Shown here: positions 8,625 to 19,039 of the stretch, in pieces | Layout: each line of letters opens with the position of its first letter | Position numbering within the stretch: the first letter of the stretch is position 1 | DNA from: Bacteriovoracia bacterium | GTDB taxonomy: Bacteria > Bdellovibrionota > UBA1018 > CAIPTA01 | Assembly: GCA_050246755.1 (NCBI GenBank) | Contig: JBFWVL010000001.1 | Coordinates: 928,001 to 992,000 of the forward strand | Length of the DNA: 64,000 nucleotides | Direction of reading: 5' to 3' | Position numbers and translations under genes: made by a program | Notes under the pieces: model-generated | Told to the model about the DNA's origin: nothing | The model's database searches: none | What the model saw: the letters and a program-made list of their open reading frames with translations, nothing else

Positions 8625-9938
8625 TTACTGCCCGGCTTCTTTTCTTTTCCCCGTATCCACGGTCTCTTCTCCGCCGCTGATACGTTCAAATTTTAGTACT
8701 CCATCGCAATTCCCGCATTCCCGCACCGGAATACCGAAAACGCCATAGGCCGAAAAATCTTTGTCTTGGGGATAGGGCTGGTAATGAATATGCGCCAGCA
8801 AGAATAAGCTCACCGCGGCCTGCACCACGATCAAGCTCGCCAATAAAATTTTTCCGTAACGGAATAAGCTGAGGCTACGTACCGCGCTCAGAAAAGGAAC
8901 GAAGCCCAAGCAAAGCGTAAAATACCGGGGGATATGCATGAGTGAGAGAGTGGCGATTAACCCCGTGCCGAAGCTCGCAAACAATTCAAGCTGAGTAAGC
9001 TCCGCACGCTGGCGCCGGCGCACGAAACGCCATGCGCGGAAAAAAAACATCAGCCCTCCCGCCACCGCCAGCAGAAGCAAAATAATAGCTAGGCCGGAAT
9101 AGAGGGGCTGGCGATAGGGAACCGTCCCAAATGGATAGGTACCCAGCACTCCGAAGGCATTACTGAACCAATAATTAGGATACTTAAAGCCGAATAAGCG
9201 GGAAAACTTGGAAGAAACCGAATCGCCCTTCCCGAGATCGGCCACTAGCCAGTAAATCCAAGGCGCGAGCGGCAAAATACTGAGCAATAAACCCCCGCCG
9301 AATGCGGGCCAGAGAACACTCCGCAAGGTTCGGAACCGATTATAAAGAAGATCACACAGAAAAAATCCCAGGGTCACGAAGAATCCGCTCATGTGCACCT
9401 GGCCGGGCAAAAGACAAAATAGTCCGAGAAAAAAAGAGCCCCACCGCGAGCGGCGCTTCATCCAGGCGAGAAAAAAAACGCTCACGAAGAGCCCCATCAC
9501 CGAGGGATGCCATAGTTTCCGATCCATCAGCACGAGGAAGGGATTCACCGCCATGAGGGCGACCGTCCACAAAAAATAGCGTCGCGCCAGTCCACGCAAA
9601 GCGAACCAAGAAAATCCCAGCAGCAAAGCTAGATTCAGTACCGCCAGCACCGGTGGAATGCGGGCCAAATCAACGAACGTTTCTACCGGAAATACTTTTC
9701 CCAGCAGCAAAAAAAGCCAAATACCGAGGCCGGGATGCCGTAGCCCGTTGGAGGAAGGCTGCCCGACCCAAGGAAAACTAATTTCTCCCCGGCGCCAGTC
9801 GCGCAGATAGTTAAACGTCTCGGTTTCATCGAACTTCATCTCGATATCGAGGGGCCATAAAAAGCGGAAAATGATTCCGGCAAAAATGGCGGCGGCAAGA
9901 AAAAGAAAGACTCGATTAGATTTTAAGAATGGCTTCAA
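8625..9938 (-). CDS. Polytopic membrane glycosyltransferase (GT-C, ArnT/PMT-like)
   Basis: First-loop FDE motif, G..SSNG..HPGLG, ~11 TM segments, RKLWHP and QVHMSG. Confidence 0.65.
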   Translation of the reverse strand: MKPFLKSNRVFLFLAAAIFAGIIFRFLWPLDIEMKFDETETFNYLRDWRRGEISFPWVGQPSSNGLRHPGLGIWLFLLLGKVFPVETFVDLARIPPVLAVLNLALLLGFSWFALRGLARRYFLWTVALMAVNPFLVLMDRKLWHPSVMGLFVSVFFLAWMKRRSRWGSFFLGLFCLLPGQVHMSGFFVTLGFFLCDLLYNRFRTLRSVLWPAFGGGLLLSILPLAPWIYWLVADLGKGDSVSSKFSRLFGFKYPNYWFSNAFGVLGTYPFGTVPYRQPLYSGLAIILLLLAVAGGLMFFFRAWRFVRRRQRAELTQLELFASFGTGLIATLSLMHIPRYFTLCLGFVPFLSAVRSLSLFRYGKILLASLIVVQAAVSLFLLAHIHYQPYPQDKDFSAYGVFGIPVRECGNCDGVLKFERISGGEETVDTGKRKEAGQ

Positions 9939-9979
9939 AGTAAATTCCGCCCCGGTGAATCACGGCAGCTAAGTATTCA

Positions 9980-11017
9980 CTACGGGGCGCGTTTTTGCGA
10001 ATTCAAAGTATCAAACTTTTGGCGCAGCGCAACCAGCGGGTAGAGACGCTGGAATTTTTGCACTTGGAACTCCGCGGTTTTCTGATTGCCGGAAACACGC
10101 ACGTCCCCAGAAAATCCCCACTTCGACAGCTCTTCAAATGCGCTCCACTCGAACGGTATCTTCTGGTTCTGCGCGGCCACGGCTTTTTGAAAAATCTCTT
10201 CCATATTCAGCTCTACGGTTTCGGTGCCGGCCTGAATCTTGGCGATCTCGGAATAAGCATTCACGGCATCGAGCACGGCGATTCCCTTCTCGCTAATCGC
10301 CAGCTGCTTATCATCGGGCTTTGCGCTTTCTTCGTGGCAGAAATAGATATAGCGCTCGAGGCGGTCGAGATCGAGCACCACCAGCTCCATCATGTCTTTT
10401 GCCTTCTCCATTTGCAGCACGCCGGCTTCATTCAAAACATCGGTGAAGGCCTGCACTTTCGACAAATGAAGGCCCATGATCTGCGCACCATAGAACTGCA
10501 GCCAGCCAGCCTTAACTTTTGTTTTCAAATCGGCGGTTCTTTCGCCATTGCGGGAAGCCGCTAATAAGAGAGCCGCGCCGAGCTTCAGCGTATCGGAAGT
10601 CGACAGAAATTCATGGATCTTGGAAGTGCGCCCCTGGTCATCCTTTGAATAAACCATCGAGGCATCTTCCAGCTCGCGCACTCGATTATTCGTGCTGCGC
10701 AGCCGTTTCACCAACGTGGAAATCAAGGACTTCATCCAAGAGGGTTGGGCCGCGATGAATTCATCGAACTTACCGCGCGGAATTTCTACGATATCGCAAG
10801 GCTGAAGCGCCTCCACTGAGGCCGAGCGGGGCTGATTGTCCAGGAAGCTCATCTCGCCTACCACTTCGCCCGAATGCACCACTCCGAGCTCAATGAAGCC
10901 AGAACCCTTTTTTTTAAATAAGCGAAGGGTACCGGACTGAACCCAGTACATCGAATTGCTCATTTCGCCCTCTTTCACGAGAGGATCACCTTTTTTTAAG
11001 TGCTTGATGGAAACCAT
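9980..11017 (-). CDS. Cyclic-nucleotide-binding domain protein
   Basis: LVKEGE..MYWVQSG, GEVVGEMSFLDNQPRSASVEA phosphate-binding cassette; unrecognised C-terminal half. Confidence 0.88.
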   Translation of the reverse strand: MVSIKHLKKGDPLVKEGEMSNSMYWVQSGTLRLFKKKGSGFIELGVVHSGEVVGEMSFLDNQPRSASVEALQPCDIVEIPRGKFDEFIAAQPSWMKSLISTLVKRLRSTNNRVRELEDASMVYSKDDQGRTSKIHEFLSTSDTLKLGAALLLAASRNGERTADLKTKVKAGWLQFYGAQIMGLHLSKVQAFTDVLNEAGVLQMEKAKDMMELVVLDLDRLERYIYFCHEESAKPDDKQLAISEKGIAVLDAVNAYSEIAKIQAGTETVELNMEEIFQKAVAAQNQKIPFEWSAFEELSKWGFSGDVRVSGNQKTAEFQVQKFQRLYPLVALRQKFDTLNSQKRAP

Positions 11018-11085
11018 GATTCATCTTAGCGGGATTTACGGAGCTGGCCAAGACGACAAAAAGGACAAGCTACCGTGTAGACGAT

Positions 11086-11490
11086 TTAGTTGTTTACCGA
11101 AGAAATCACGATCACGCCTTCGATTTCCTGGATCCAAACTTCGCCGTCACCCACCATCACGCCCTGATAACTGCAAAAAAGATCGTCGCGATTGAGCTTC
11201 GCGATGGCATTGAGCACTTTCGGGGTAAAAACCTTGGAAAATTTTCTCTTGAGCACGCTCTCATTTTTGATCCTGCCCTTTTTTCCCACCCGCAATGGGT
11301 AATTGGCCAGTTTCGATAATGCGCCCACATCTTTGGCGGCGGCGGCGGTCTGAAGTTTTCCTAAGAACTTAATCAGCTCTTTCTTGTCCTTGATTCCCGC
11401 CACGGAGAGATCGCAGGGGGCGTGGTCAACGGCGAAAACGAATCCGGTACTAGAAAATAAAAAAACAAAAACGAAAGCCAGGCGCCTCAA
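11086..11490 (-). CDS. Small exported hypothetical protein
   Basis: TTG start overlapping the scoB stop (TTGA); signal peptide [19 protein letters not shown]; [16 protein letters not shown]. Confidence 0.7.
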   Translation of the reverse strand: MRRLAFVFVFLFSSTGFVFAVDHAPCDLSVAGIKDKKELIKFLGKLQTAAAAKDVGALSKLANYPLRVGKKGRIKNESVLKRKFSKVFTPKVLNAIAKLNRDDLFCSYQGVMVGDGEVWIQEIEGVIVISSVNN

Positions 11491-12146
11491 ACTGCGATCT
11501 CCGGCACTTCCCCGTTCACGATCAGCGGAGCCTCGGTGGCTTTGCGGATTTCTTCCACGCTCACTCCGGGGGCGCGCTCCTTGAGAACAAAGCCTTTCCC
11601 TTCTTGTAGCTCGAGCACGGCAAGCTCCGTGACCACCACACTCACGCAGTGGGTGCCGGTAAGCGGCAAATTGCATTCTTTTAAGATCTTCGATTCGCCG
11701 TCTTTCGAAATGTGCTGCATGGCGATGATGATCTTGCGCGATCCGGCCACGAGGTCCATCGCGCCGCCCATTCCCTTCACCATTTTCCCGGGAATCATCC
11801 AGTTGGCGAGACTGCCCTGCACGTCCACTTGCATGGCACCCAGTACGCAAAGATCCACGTGGCCGCCGCGAATCATCGCGAAGGAATCCGCCGAGGAGAA
11901 AAAACTGGATCCGGGGATCGTGGTCACGGTTTGTTTGCCCGCATTGATGAGATCGGGGTCTACTTCTTCTTCGGTGGGAAAGGGCCCGATACCGAGCAAG
12001 CCGTTCTCACTCTGGAGAACCACGTTCACGCCCTTAGGCAAATAGTTCGCCACGAGGGTGGGGATTCCAATTCCGAGATTCACGAACATTCCGTCTTTTA
12101 ATTCTTTGGCGATCCGAGCTGCAATTTGTTCACGCGTGAGTGCCAT
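11487..12146 (-). CDS. scoB: 3-oxoacid CoA-transferase subunit B
   Basis: VNLGIGIPT, catalytic [14 protein letters not shown]; start MALTREQ. Confidence 0.95.
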   Translation of the reverse strand: MALTREQIAARIAKELKDGMFVNLGIGIPTLVANYLPKGVNVVLQSENGLLGIGPFPTEEEVDPDLINAGKQTVTTIPGSSFFSSADSFAMIRGGHVDLCVLGAMQVDVQGSLANWMIPGKMVKGMGGAMDLVAGSRKIIIAMQHISKDGESKILKECNLPLTGTHCVSVVVTELAVLELQEGKGFVLKERAPGVSVEEIRKATEAPLIVNGEVPEIAV

Positions 12147-12150
12147 TATC

Positions 12151-12846
12151 TTAGCCCTTCCTAATCGTGCGTTGTTCAATGCGCTTCTCGAAAGTGCTCT
12201 TCACGAGGCGGTTTACGTAAACGGCCGGAGTATGAATGGAATCGGGATCGAGGGACCCGGCGGGAACGATCTCTTCCACTTCGGCGATGCAAATTTTTCC
12301 AGCCGTGGCCATTACGGGATTAAAATTCCTGGCGGTACGGCGGTACACGAGGTTGCCGAGGGTATCGGCTTTCCAGGCTTTCACGAAGGCGAAATCGCCG
12401 GTAATCGCCTGCTCGAGGATATACTCCCGCCCGTTGAACTTACGAGTCTCTTTGCCTTTGGCCACCAGAGTGCCGGCGCCCGTGGGAGTGAAAAAAGCGG
12501 GAATGCCCGCACCGCCGGCGCGCACGCGCTCGGCCAAAGTTCCCTGCGGGCAAAGCTCCACTTCGAGCTCGCCCGAAAGAAGGAGTTTTTCGAAAGTGGC
12601 GTTCTCGCCCACGTAGGACGAAATCATTTTCTTCACCTGTTTCTTCTGGAAGAGCAAACCGATGCCGTAATTATCCACGCCCGCATTATTGGAAACGCAG
12701 GTGAGGCCCATCGTGCCTCTTTCCATCAAGGCCTTGATGAGGTTCTCAGGGATCCCGCAGAGGCCAAACCCGCCCATGCAGATGGTAGAGCCATCTTTCA
12801 CGTCGAAGGTGGCCTCGAAGGCGTTATTGTAGATTTTTACGGCCAT
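12151..12846 (-). CDS. scoA: 3-oxoacid CoA-transferase subunit A
   Basis: [36 protein letters not shown]. Confidence 0.95.
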   Translation of the reverse strand: MAVKIYNNAFEATFDVKDGSTICMGGFGLCGIPENLIKALMERGTMGLTCVSNNAGVDNYGIGLLFQKKQVKKMISSYVGENATFEKLLLSGELEVELCPQGTLAERVRAGGAGIPAFFTPTGAGTLVAKGKETRKFNGREYILEQAITGDFAFVKAWKADTLGNLVYRRTARNFNPVMATAGKICIAEVEEIVPAGSLDPDSIHTPAVYVNRLVKSTFEKRIEQRTIRKG

Positions 12847-12854
12847 GCTTGCTC

Positions 12855-14036
12855 CTAGTACCGCTCTACGATCATCGCGATGCCTTCGCCCCCGCCGATG
12901 CAGAGAGAGCCAAGCCCGCGCTTCACATTTTTCTGTTCCATCGCGTTGAGCAAGGTAGCCAAGATGCGCGCGCCGCTGGCGCCGATCGGGTGGCCGAGCG
13001 AAATACCGCCGCCGTTGATATTCAATTTGCTCTCGGGAATCTCCACGGCTTTAGCGGCGGCCAAGGGCACTACGGCGAAGGCTTCGTTGATTTCGAAAAG
13101 ATCGATATCGGAAGGCTTCAGGTTCGCCTTCGCGAGCACCTTCTTGATCGCTTCCACCGGCGCGGTGGTGAACCACTCCGGCGCTTGGGCGTGGGTAGCC
13201 ACCGCTACGATGCGAGCCAACGGCTTGAGGCCGTGCTTATCGGCGAACTCTTTGCTTGCGATCACGAGAGCCGCGGCGCCGTCGTTGATCGAAGCGGCAT
13301 TGGCGGCGGTAATCGTTCCCGCCTTATCAAATACCGGCTTAAGTCCCGCCATTTTGGCGGGATCGCCCTTAGCGGGGCCTTCATCGGTATCGAACAAAAT
13401 TGGATCGCCCTTCTTCTGGGGAATCGGCACGCCCACGATTTCATTTTTGAAAGCGCCGCTCTTAATGGCCGCTTGCGCACGGGCAAAGCTCTGGGCCGCG
13501 TAACGGTCCTGCTCTTCACGGGTGAACTTGAATTCTTTCGCGCACATTTCACCGGCCGAGCCCATGTGGAAATTATTGTAAGGGTCCCAGAGGCCATCCG
13601 AAACCATCGAATCCACGATTTTCTTCTCGCCCATGCGCATCCCGGTGCGGGCGTCGGGCATGAGGTAGGGAGCCAGGCTCATATTTTCCATGCCGCCTAC
13701 CACCGCACATTCGCTTTCGCCTGCAATGATCGCATTGCGTGCCAGGTTCACGGCCTGCATTCCTGATCCGCAAACTTTATTCACCGTCGTGGCAGGAACC
13801 GACTGAGGAATTCCCGCGTAGATCATCGCCTGACGAGCCGGAGCCTGCCCTTGGCCGGCCGAAAGCACATTCCCCATGATTACCTGGTCTACCTTTTCGG
13901 GTGCCACTTTAGCGCGCTCCAGCGCGGCTTTAATCGCAATCGCGCCTAGGCGAGGGGCAGGAATCGTGGAAAGGGCACCTAAAAAGCTGCCCAACGGGGT
14001 ACGAACCGCGGATAAAATTACTACTTCTTTAGCCAT
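12855..14036 (-). CDS. atoB: Acetyl-CoA C-acetyltransferase (thiolase)
   Basis: [28 protein letters not shown]. Confidence 0.93.
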   Translation of the reverse strand: MAKEVVILSAVRTPLGSFLGALSTIPAPRLGAIAIKAALERAKVAPEKVDQVIMGNVLSAGQGQAPARQAMIYAGIPQSVPATTVNKVCGSGMQAVNLARNAIIAGESECAVVGGMENMSLAPYLMPDARTGMRMGEKKIVDSMVSDGLWDPYNNFHMGSAGEMCAKEFKFTREEQDRYAAQSFARAQAAIKSGAFKNEIVGVPIPQKKGDPILFDTDEGPAKGDPAKMAGLKPVFDKAGTITAANAASINDGAAALVIASKEFADKHGLKPLARIVAVATHAQAPEWFTTAPVEAIKKVLAKANLKPSDIDLFEINEAFAVVPLAAAKAVEIPESKLNINGGGISLGHPIGASGARILATLLNAMEQKNVKRGLGSLCIGGGEGIAMIVERY

Positions 14037-14156
14037 GAAATTACTCCCTGCGTTAATTTGCAAAAAACCTACTGAGGATTAAAAATTATTAGGGCGATTG
14101 TTCCTCCACCCAGGAGGTAAAGTCAAATCGCAACGCAAAAGGACATAGGAGAATCG

Positions 14157-15218
14157 ATGAAAACCACCCTCAAGCTCTTAGGCACTACCGCAGCGTTTAG
14201 CTTTGCTATTACCGCCTTCGCCGGAACTCCTCCTCTGGGCTCTATCGATATCCCCGAACTCGTTACCCGGGTAGACAAAGGCGTAGTGAATATCCAGGCC
14301 GTCACCCTCATCCGCGAGCGCTTCATCGATCCTCTTTCCGAAGACTTCTTCTTCCAATTCTACGGCGTGCCCCGGGAACGCATCCGCAAGCAGCCCTCGC
14401 TCGGCTCCGGCTTCGTAATCGACGAAAATGGATTCATCCTTACCAACCATCACGTGGTGGAACGCGCTTCCGAAATCGAAGTATTCTTCGACGACGGCAA
14501 AAAAACCAAGCTCAAGGCTAAGCTGATCGGCTCCGACAAAAAATCCGACATTGCCCTCCTGCAAGTGAAGGCCGGCCCCCATCTCCTCCCCCTCACTCTC
14601 GGAAACTCCGATGCCGTGAAGGTGGGCGAATCCGTAGTGGCGATCGGAAATCCTTTCGGTCTTTCTCACACCGTAACCGCCGGGATCGTGAGCGCGAAGA
14701 ATCGCGTGATCGGCCAAGGCCCCTTCGATAATTTCCTGCAAACCGATGCCAGCATCAATCCCGGAAATTCCGGCGGCCCGCTCTTCAATGCGCACGGTGA
14801 AGTGATCGGCATCAATGCGGCGATCAATGCCAGCGGCCAGGGCCTCGGCTTCGCCATTCCCGTGAACCAAGCGAAGAAACTTTTGCCCGACCTCAAAAAA
14901 TATGGACGTATTCTCCGCGGCTTCATGGGCGCTCTCGTAGTGACTACCCCCAACGGAGTGTACGTAGACGGCGTAGCCGTTCGCTCCGCCGCCTATAAAT
15001 CCGGTCTACAAAGCGGGGATCGCATCGCGGAAATCAACGGGAGCAAAGTGGAAGAGCGCGTGGATATCGACCGTGCCCTCGAGGATAAACGCCCCGGCGA
15101 TATCGTAACCCTCGAAGTGGAGCGCGCTGGCCGCGGCGTGAAGAAAGTGCAGAAGCATGAGATCAAGCTCGGCGAGGAACCTCAGGTTCAGGGCGAGATG
15201 CCGGTGGGATTGTTATAG
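14157..15218 (+). CDS. HtrA/DegP-family serine protease with one PDZ domain
   Basis: Signal peptide; GSGF, TNHHVV, SDIAL, QTDASINPGNSGG; C-terminal PDZ. Confidence 0.94.
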   Translation: MKTTLKLLGTTAAFSFAITAFAGTPPLGSIDIPELVTRVDKGVVNIQAVTLIRERFIDPLSEDFFFQFYGVPRERIRKQPSLGSGFVIDENGFILTNHHVVERASEIEVFFDDGKKTKLKAKLIGSDKKSDIALLQVKAGPHLLPLTLGNSDAVKVGESVVAIGNPFGLSHTVTAGIVSAKNRVIGQGPFDNFLQTDASINPGNSGGPLFNAHGEVIGINAAINASGQGLGFAIPVNQAKKLLPDLKKYGRILRGFMGALVVTTPNGVYVDGVAVRSAAYKSGLQSGDRIAEINGSKVEERVDIDRALEDKRPGDIVTLEVERAGRGVKKVQKHEIKLGEEPQVQGEMPVGLL

Positions 15219-15245
15219 CCGCCGCCTCATACGTTAAGCCCGTGC

Positions 15246-17606
15246 TTACTGGACCTTTTCTAACTTATCTAAACGCGCCCTCATTTCTGCATTTTCGGCG
15301 CGGAGGGCAGCGACCTCACGGTGAATTTCCCGGCTGTCGTCCATCCAGCGACGATACAAGTCCTTCACCGCGTTTATAAGAACGTAGGTGAACGCCGTAT
15401 AGTTCACCTGCTTGATCTCGGTAGTGCGCGCATCCCCGGGATACAGCTTAACTTCTCTCGTAGTCACCAATTGGGGCGCAGTCCTCTCCACCTCCTGCGC
15501 GAGCACACCAAGCTCCGGCTTCTCGGTCGCGGGATGTTCTCCTAGGCCGTTGTAGCGAAGAACGTATGAATTGATGCCCAGCAATGCCTCGAGCCCCAGA
15601 TCGAAAGAATGGACGTCCGTTTTCAGGCGTTCATCGGAAACGCATGTGCCCGAGGCGATACCTGCGCTGGATCGGAGACAGCCGGTGGCGTTCACGTCGC
15701 CGGTAATGTCGAGCTTATAGGCAGGTGTTGTTGTTCCGATGCCGACGTTGCCGTTCGAGTCAATTCGCATGCGTTCGGCATAAGAGTTGGCACCCGTCGT
15801 AGTGCCAAAAGTGAGGGCGGGATTGTAGTTGGCCGCTCCGGTTGTCGAAACGGCGCTAATGTATGCCTGTTGAGACAAGCTAGAAGAGTTATAAACACCG
15901 AGATTCAACGACGCCGTATTGCCATCGGTGTTATTAGCAACGTTGACAACTTGAAGCTGCTGCAGTCCCGGAAATGCCGCACTTGCGCTCGAACCGGTAT
16001 AGCCAGAATTGTTCCATTGCCACGACTGCATGGTTGGTGCACTCAACCCGCTTGCGAGGCTGAGCCATCCCACGCTGGTTACGGAGGCCTTGCTCGCACC
16101 TCCGACCTGCAGATCCATTAGGTACTGGTTGCCCGAACCCACGGCGGTTTGGGTCCGGTTGACCAAGAGATCCGTATTGGCTGCAGTTCCGGAAGCCTGG
16201 TTGTAACTCGAAGTTATCTGCAAACCCGTTACGGTCCCGGAAGTCGCAGTATTCGTAAAGGCGATATGCAAAGGTGAAGTTGGGGCCGATGTTCCAATGC
16301 CGACATTTCCTGCATTCGGATTTAATATCAAATTGCCGTCGCTTGCCACAGCCGTGTGAACGCCTTGAATGAAAGCATATCCAGCAGAGCCGACTCCCGC
16401 CAGTGCTCCGATTTTGACACCGACGTCGTTAGCGCCTGAGTTTGTATCAAAACTCATAATGCCATTGCCGTTTACGTCTGCAGACGTTCCTCTTACCTGC
16501 AAAGTCGAAAGGGGAGAGTTGGTTCCGATCCCCACGTTCCCATTCCCGAGAATGCTCACTTTGGTGGAAGGAGCCCGGTCGGCGGTGCTCGAAACCCCGG
16601 CACCCGCCGTTTGCAGATAAATATTCGAAGAGCCTGCTCCCGTGGCCGTTCCAGAGGCCAGATAAAGATCTCCCCCATTCTTATCCGTAGCAGCGCTCGT
16701 GGCGCTTCCCGCCCCAATGGTCAACGCATTCCCTGCCGTGTCGGCCGTGGTATTCCTCTCCATCGCCATCGTGCGGCTGGTATTGCCCCCTAAGCTGAAA
16801 TCGTAGGAAGGAGAAGAGGATCCAATACCCACTCGTCCATTGCTCCCATTCACGAGAAAGGAGCTCCCCACCGTGAAATCGCCGCCGTTGGAAATACCGG
16901 CCTTAGTAGAGCCGTTAATATTGAAATTGATCCCGCCCGCTCCGCCCGTGCCCGCATTCACCACGTAGTTACCGGATGATGTTCCTCCCGAAGAGCTACC
17001 CCCTGCGGCAAGTAACGCCGTGAGAGCAGGATAATTCGTGGCCGAAAAAATATTTTCCACGTTTGCTTGCGTGAGAGATCCCGCCCCAAGCTGCGCAAAT
17101 CCCGTCTTATCGATCCCCTGCAATGTTTCCGCTACGATTGCGCTTGGCACGCTTCCTAACAACATATCCGGGATTAGCTGATCGGTTATGCCAGTACTAG
17201 TTGGCGTCACGAACACGCGCACGTAACGGGTATCCCCAACGGCGGGAGTATAGGAACATGCACTCGCTCCCCCTATCGCTACTCGATTCTGAAATACGCT
17301 CGTCATGCTATTACCGGCATCGCTGCCCACCACGCGCCTGCCCGAGCCCACTGCCGTACCTACCGAAATACTAAAAGCCCCGTCGCTCGCCGAGGTATTG
17401 AAGCTCTGCTGTTCGTCGTAGAGGATACAGCTCTTGGCGGGGTTCATGATTTGCACGCGGATGGTTCCCGTGCCCTGAAGAGTGGCGGTGCCGGTCGGAG
17501 AATTGTAGAGTGTGCCATCGAGCACGAATCCATAGGGCACATCGCCGGTGGCTTCCGCTGAATTGGAATGTAAAAAAAATAACAGAAGAAAAAAAATGGT
17601 CCGCAT
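15246..17606 (-). CDS. Secreted trimeric fibre protein with C-terminal S74 chaperone/peptidase domain (MAT-like adhesin)
   Basis: Signal peptide; four G(N/R)VGIG(T/S)xxP repeats; SDERLKTDV, GVLAQEVE..P, VNYTAF..LINAVKDL, C-terminal coiled coil. Confidence 0.9.
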   Translation of the reverse strand: MRTIFFLLLFFLHSNSAEATGDVPYGFVLDGTLYNSPTGTATLQGTGTIRVQIMNPAKSCILYDEQQSFNTSASDGAFSISVGTAVGSGRRVVGSDAGNSMTSVFQNRVAIGGASACSYTPAVGDTRYVRVFVTPTSTGITDQLIPDMLLGSVPSAIVAETLQGIDKTGFAQLGAGSLTQANVENIFSATNYPALTALLAAGGSSSGGTSSGNYVVNAGTGGAGGINFNINGSTKAGISNGGDFTVGSSFLVNGSNGRVGIGSSSPSYDFSLGGNTSRTMAMERNTTADTAGNALTIGAGSATSAATDKNGGDLYLASGTATGAGSSNIYLQTAGAGVSSTADRAPSTKVSILGNGNVGIGTNSPLSTLQVRGTSADVNGNGIMSFDTNSGANDVGVKIGALAGVGSAGYAFIQGVHTAVASDGNLILNPNAGNVGIGTSAPTSPLHIAFTNTATSGTVTGLQITSSYNQASGTAANTDLLVNRTQTAVGSGNQYLMDLQVGGASKASVTSVGWLSLASGLSAPTMQSWQWNNSGYTGSSASAAFPGLQQLQVVNVANNTDGNTASLNLGVYNSSSLSQQAYISAVSTTGAANYNPALTFGTTTGANSYAERMRIDSNGNVGIGTTTPAYKLDITGDVNATGCLRSSAGIASGTCVSDERLKTDVHSFDLGLEALLGINSYVLRYNGLGEHPATEKPELGVLAQEVERTAPQLVTTREVKLYPGDARTTEIKQVNYTAFTYVLINAVKDLYRRWMDDSREIHREVAALRAENAEMRARLDKLEKVQ

Positions 17607-17917
17607 CAGCGCACCTTCCTTTTATTGAGAGAAAGACGAGCGCTGATATTCGTGCCTCTGGCCAATACATCGTTATTCGTAACGGCCGCCTTAGTGCCAA
17701 GGTCGTAGCCACTCGCACGCATAGAACCCGGCGTGATCTTCATTCCCGTGTCACCTCCCAAAGCAACCGGAGCGGAAGCAGGAACATCCACCACGGGAGT
17801 GGCCGGAACGAAGGGAATCCCCGGCTGAAAATTGCTGTCTACTTTGGGCTTCTGCCCCATTGGATTTCCGCAGGAGCTAAGAAATAGCAAACAGACCGCG
17901 CAGAGACGGTATTTCAT
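17606..17917 (-). CDS. Small lipoprotein
   Basis: Lipobox LSSC; overlaps both neighbours (translational coupling). Confidence 0.7.
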   Translation of the reverse strand: MKYRLCAVCLLFLSSCGNPMGQKPKVDSNFQPGIPFVPATPVVDVPASAPVALGGDTGMKITPGSMRASGYDLGTKAAVTNNDVLARGTNISARLSLNKRKVR

Positions 17918-18948
17918 GGCAGCCTCCAGCTGAAACCAATGGAAGCGCCCATGGTGGAAGTCTTCTGTTTTACGATCGAGCTGCCCTGATAGCTCTGTTC
18001 AAAGAACAGCTCCCCTCGGATCATCACGGAAGTGAGTTGGTGCTCAAGGAAAGCGGAGCCGCGCCCCGTCCAGCCGGTCTGAGTTTGGTTGGTGGGGCCA
18101 CCCCCTCCGAATAAAACTCCCCCGCTCGCGCCCACGCCGGCGGAAGCGCCTTTACCGCGCACCAGGGTTTGCTTATGCCGAAAAGCCGCCGAAGGCACAC
18201 CTACCCGGTCCAGTACGAGTGTTTGCGCATTCAGAGCCCGTACGAATAAACGATCCTCGCGGCCCAAGAAAAATCCGCTCATAGAATTTTTATTCCAACT
18301 ACGCTCTACGCCCATTTGAAAACCAAAAGAAGAAGCTCCGTCCTGCTGAATCGTTTTACTATTGCTATCGATCGGAAAAAGCCGATCGCGGCGGTATTTT
18401 AGACTCATCACGGTGGACCACTCGGAGCTCCAATCTAAATACCAGCCGGCATTTAGGGATGGGCTCATTTGCGAAAGAATAATGGCGGAACCGCCGCTGC
18501 TGCGGTCGCTGGCGTCGATGCGGAAATATTCGAAACCGGCGGAAAGACGGAGGTGGCTCACGGGAGCGAATCCTTCGGCCTGACTGGGAGATAGGCTGGC
18601 TATCTCCCTCTTGGACTCGCGCTTGGTTTCATTTTTGGCGGCCGGCGGCCTAGCTTTCGCCGGCGCAATATTTACTTTGACCGCTTGGGCAAAACCCTCG
18701 GCCACGCGGATGCGCTGATATAAATATATCTTATCTGGATTTCCTATCTCTGGATTCAACCGTAAGAGCTTAGCCAAGGTCCCCTTACGACCACGCCAAA
18801 CGGGGGAACCGAGGTAGCGCTTCGCTATCGAAGAGAGAGCGTCTCCCCTCTCCACCACGTGCACGCCCGTATCTCCCATCACCAGGCTAGGCCCGCATAG
18901 CATGCACGCCAGAATAGCGATCATTTCTTTTATTTCTAGACGCCCCAT
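17914..18948 (-). CDS. LysM domain plus outer-membrane beta-barrel protein
   Basis: HVVERGDALSSIA..LNPEIGNPDKIY (LysM); amphipathic strands ending GASIGFSWRLP. Confidence 0.8.
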   Translation of the reverse strand: MGRLEIKEMIAILACMLCGPSLVMGDTGVHVVERGDALSSIAKRYLGSPVWRGRKGTLAKLLRLNPEIGNPDKIYLYQRIRVAEGFAQAVKVNIAPAKARPPAAKNETKRESKREIASLSPSQAEGFAPVSHLRLSAGFEYFRIDASDRSSGGSAIILSQMSPSLNAGWYLDWSSEWSTVMSLKYRRDRLFPIDSNSKTIQQDGASSFGFQMGVERSWNKNSMSGFFLGREDRLFVRALNAQTLVLDRVGVPSAAFRHKQTLVRGKGASAGVGASGGVLFGGGGPTNQTQTGWTGRGSAFLEHQLTSVMIRGELFFEQSYQGSSIVKQKTSTMGASIGFSWRLP

Positions 18949-19039
18949 TGCATCTCCCGACCAACCTTTCGGGCACTTTGGCGAGAAGACATGAGGAAGA
19001 GAACAAATTAGCGTTCTGTTACGAAAAACGGTTAGGCCA

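Noticed and set aside
11491-11850. N-terminal 120 codons of the 254-aa ORF 11086..11850
   Set aside because: They overlap scoB in another frame; the real gene most likely starts at TTG 11490 with a signal peptide
12058-13766. Long plus-strand ORFs (266 aa, 305 aa, 207 aa) opposite scoA and the thiolase
   Set aside because: Antisense shadows of highly conserved, codon-biased genes with no motifs; the same applies to most short overlapping ORFs in the track
15246-17606. Prophage suggested by the tail-fibre/S74 domain
   Set aside because: The protein has a Sec signal peptide and no capsid, terminase, integrase or other phage genes are nearby
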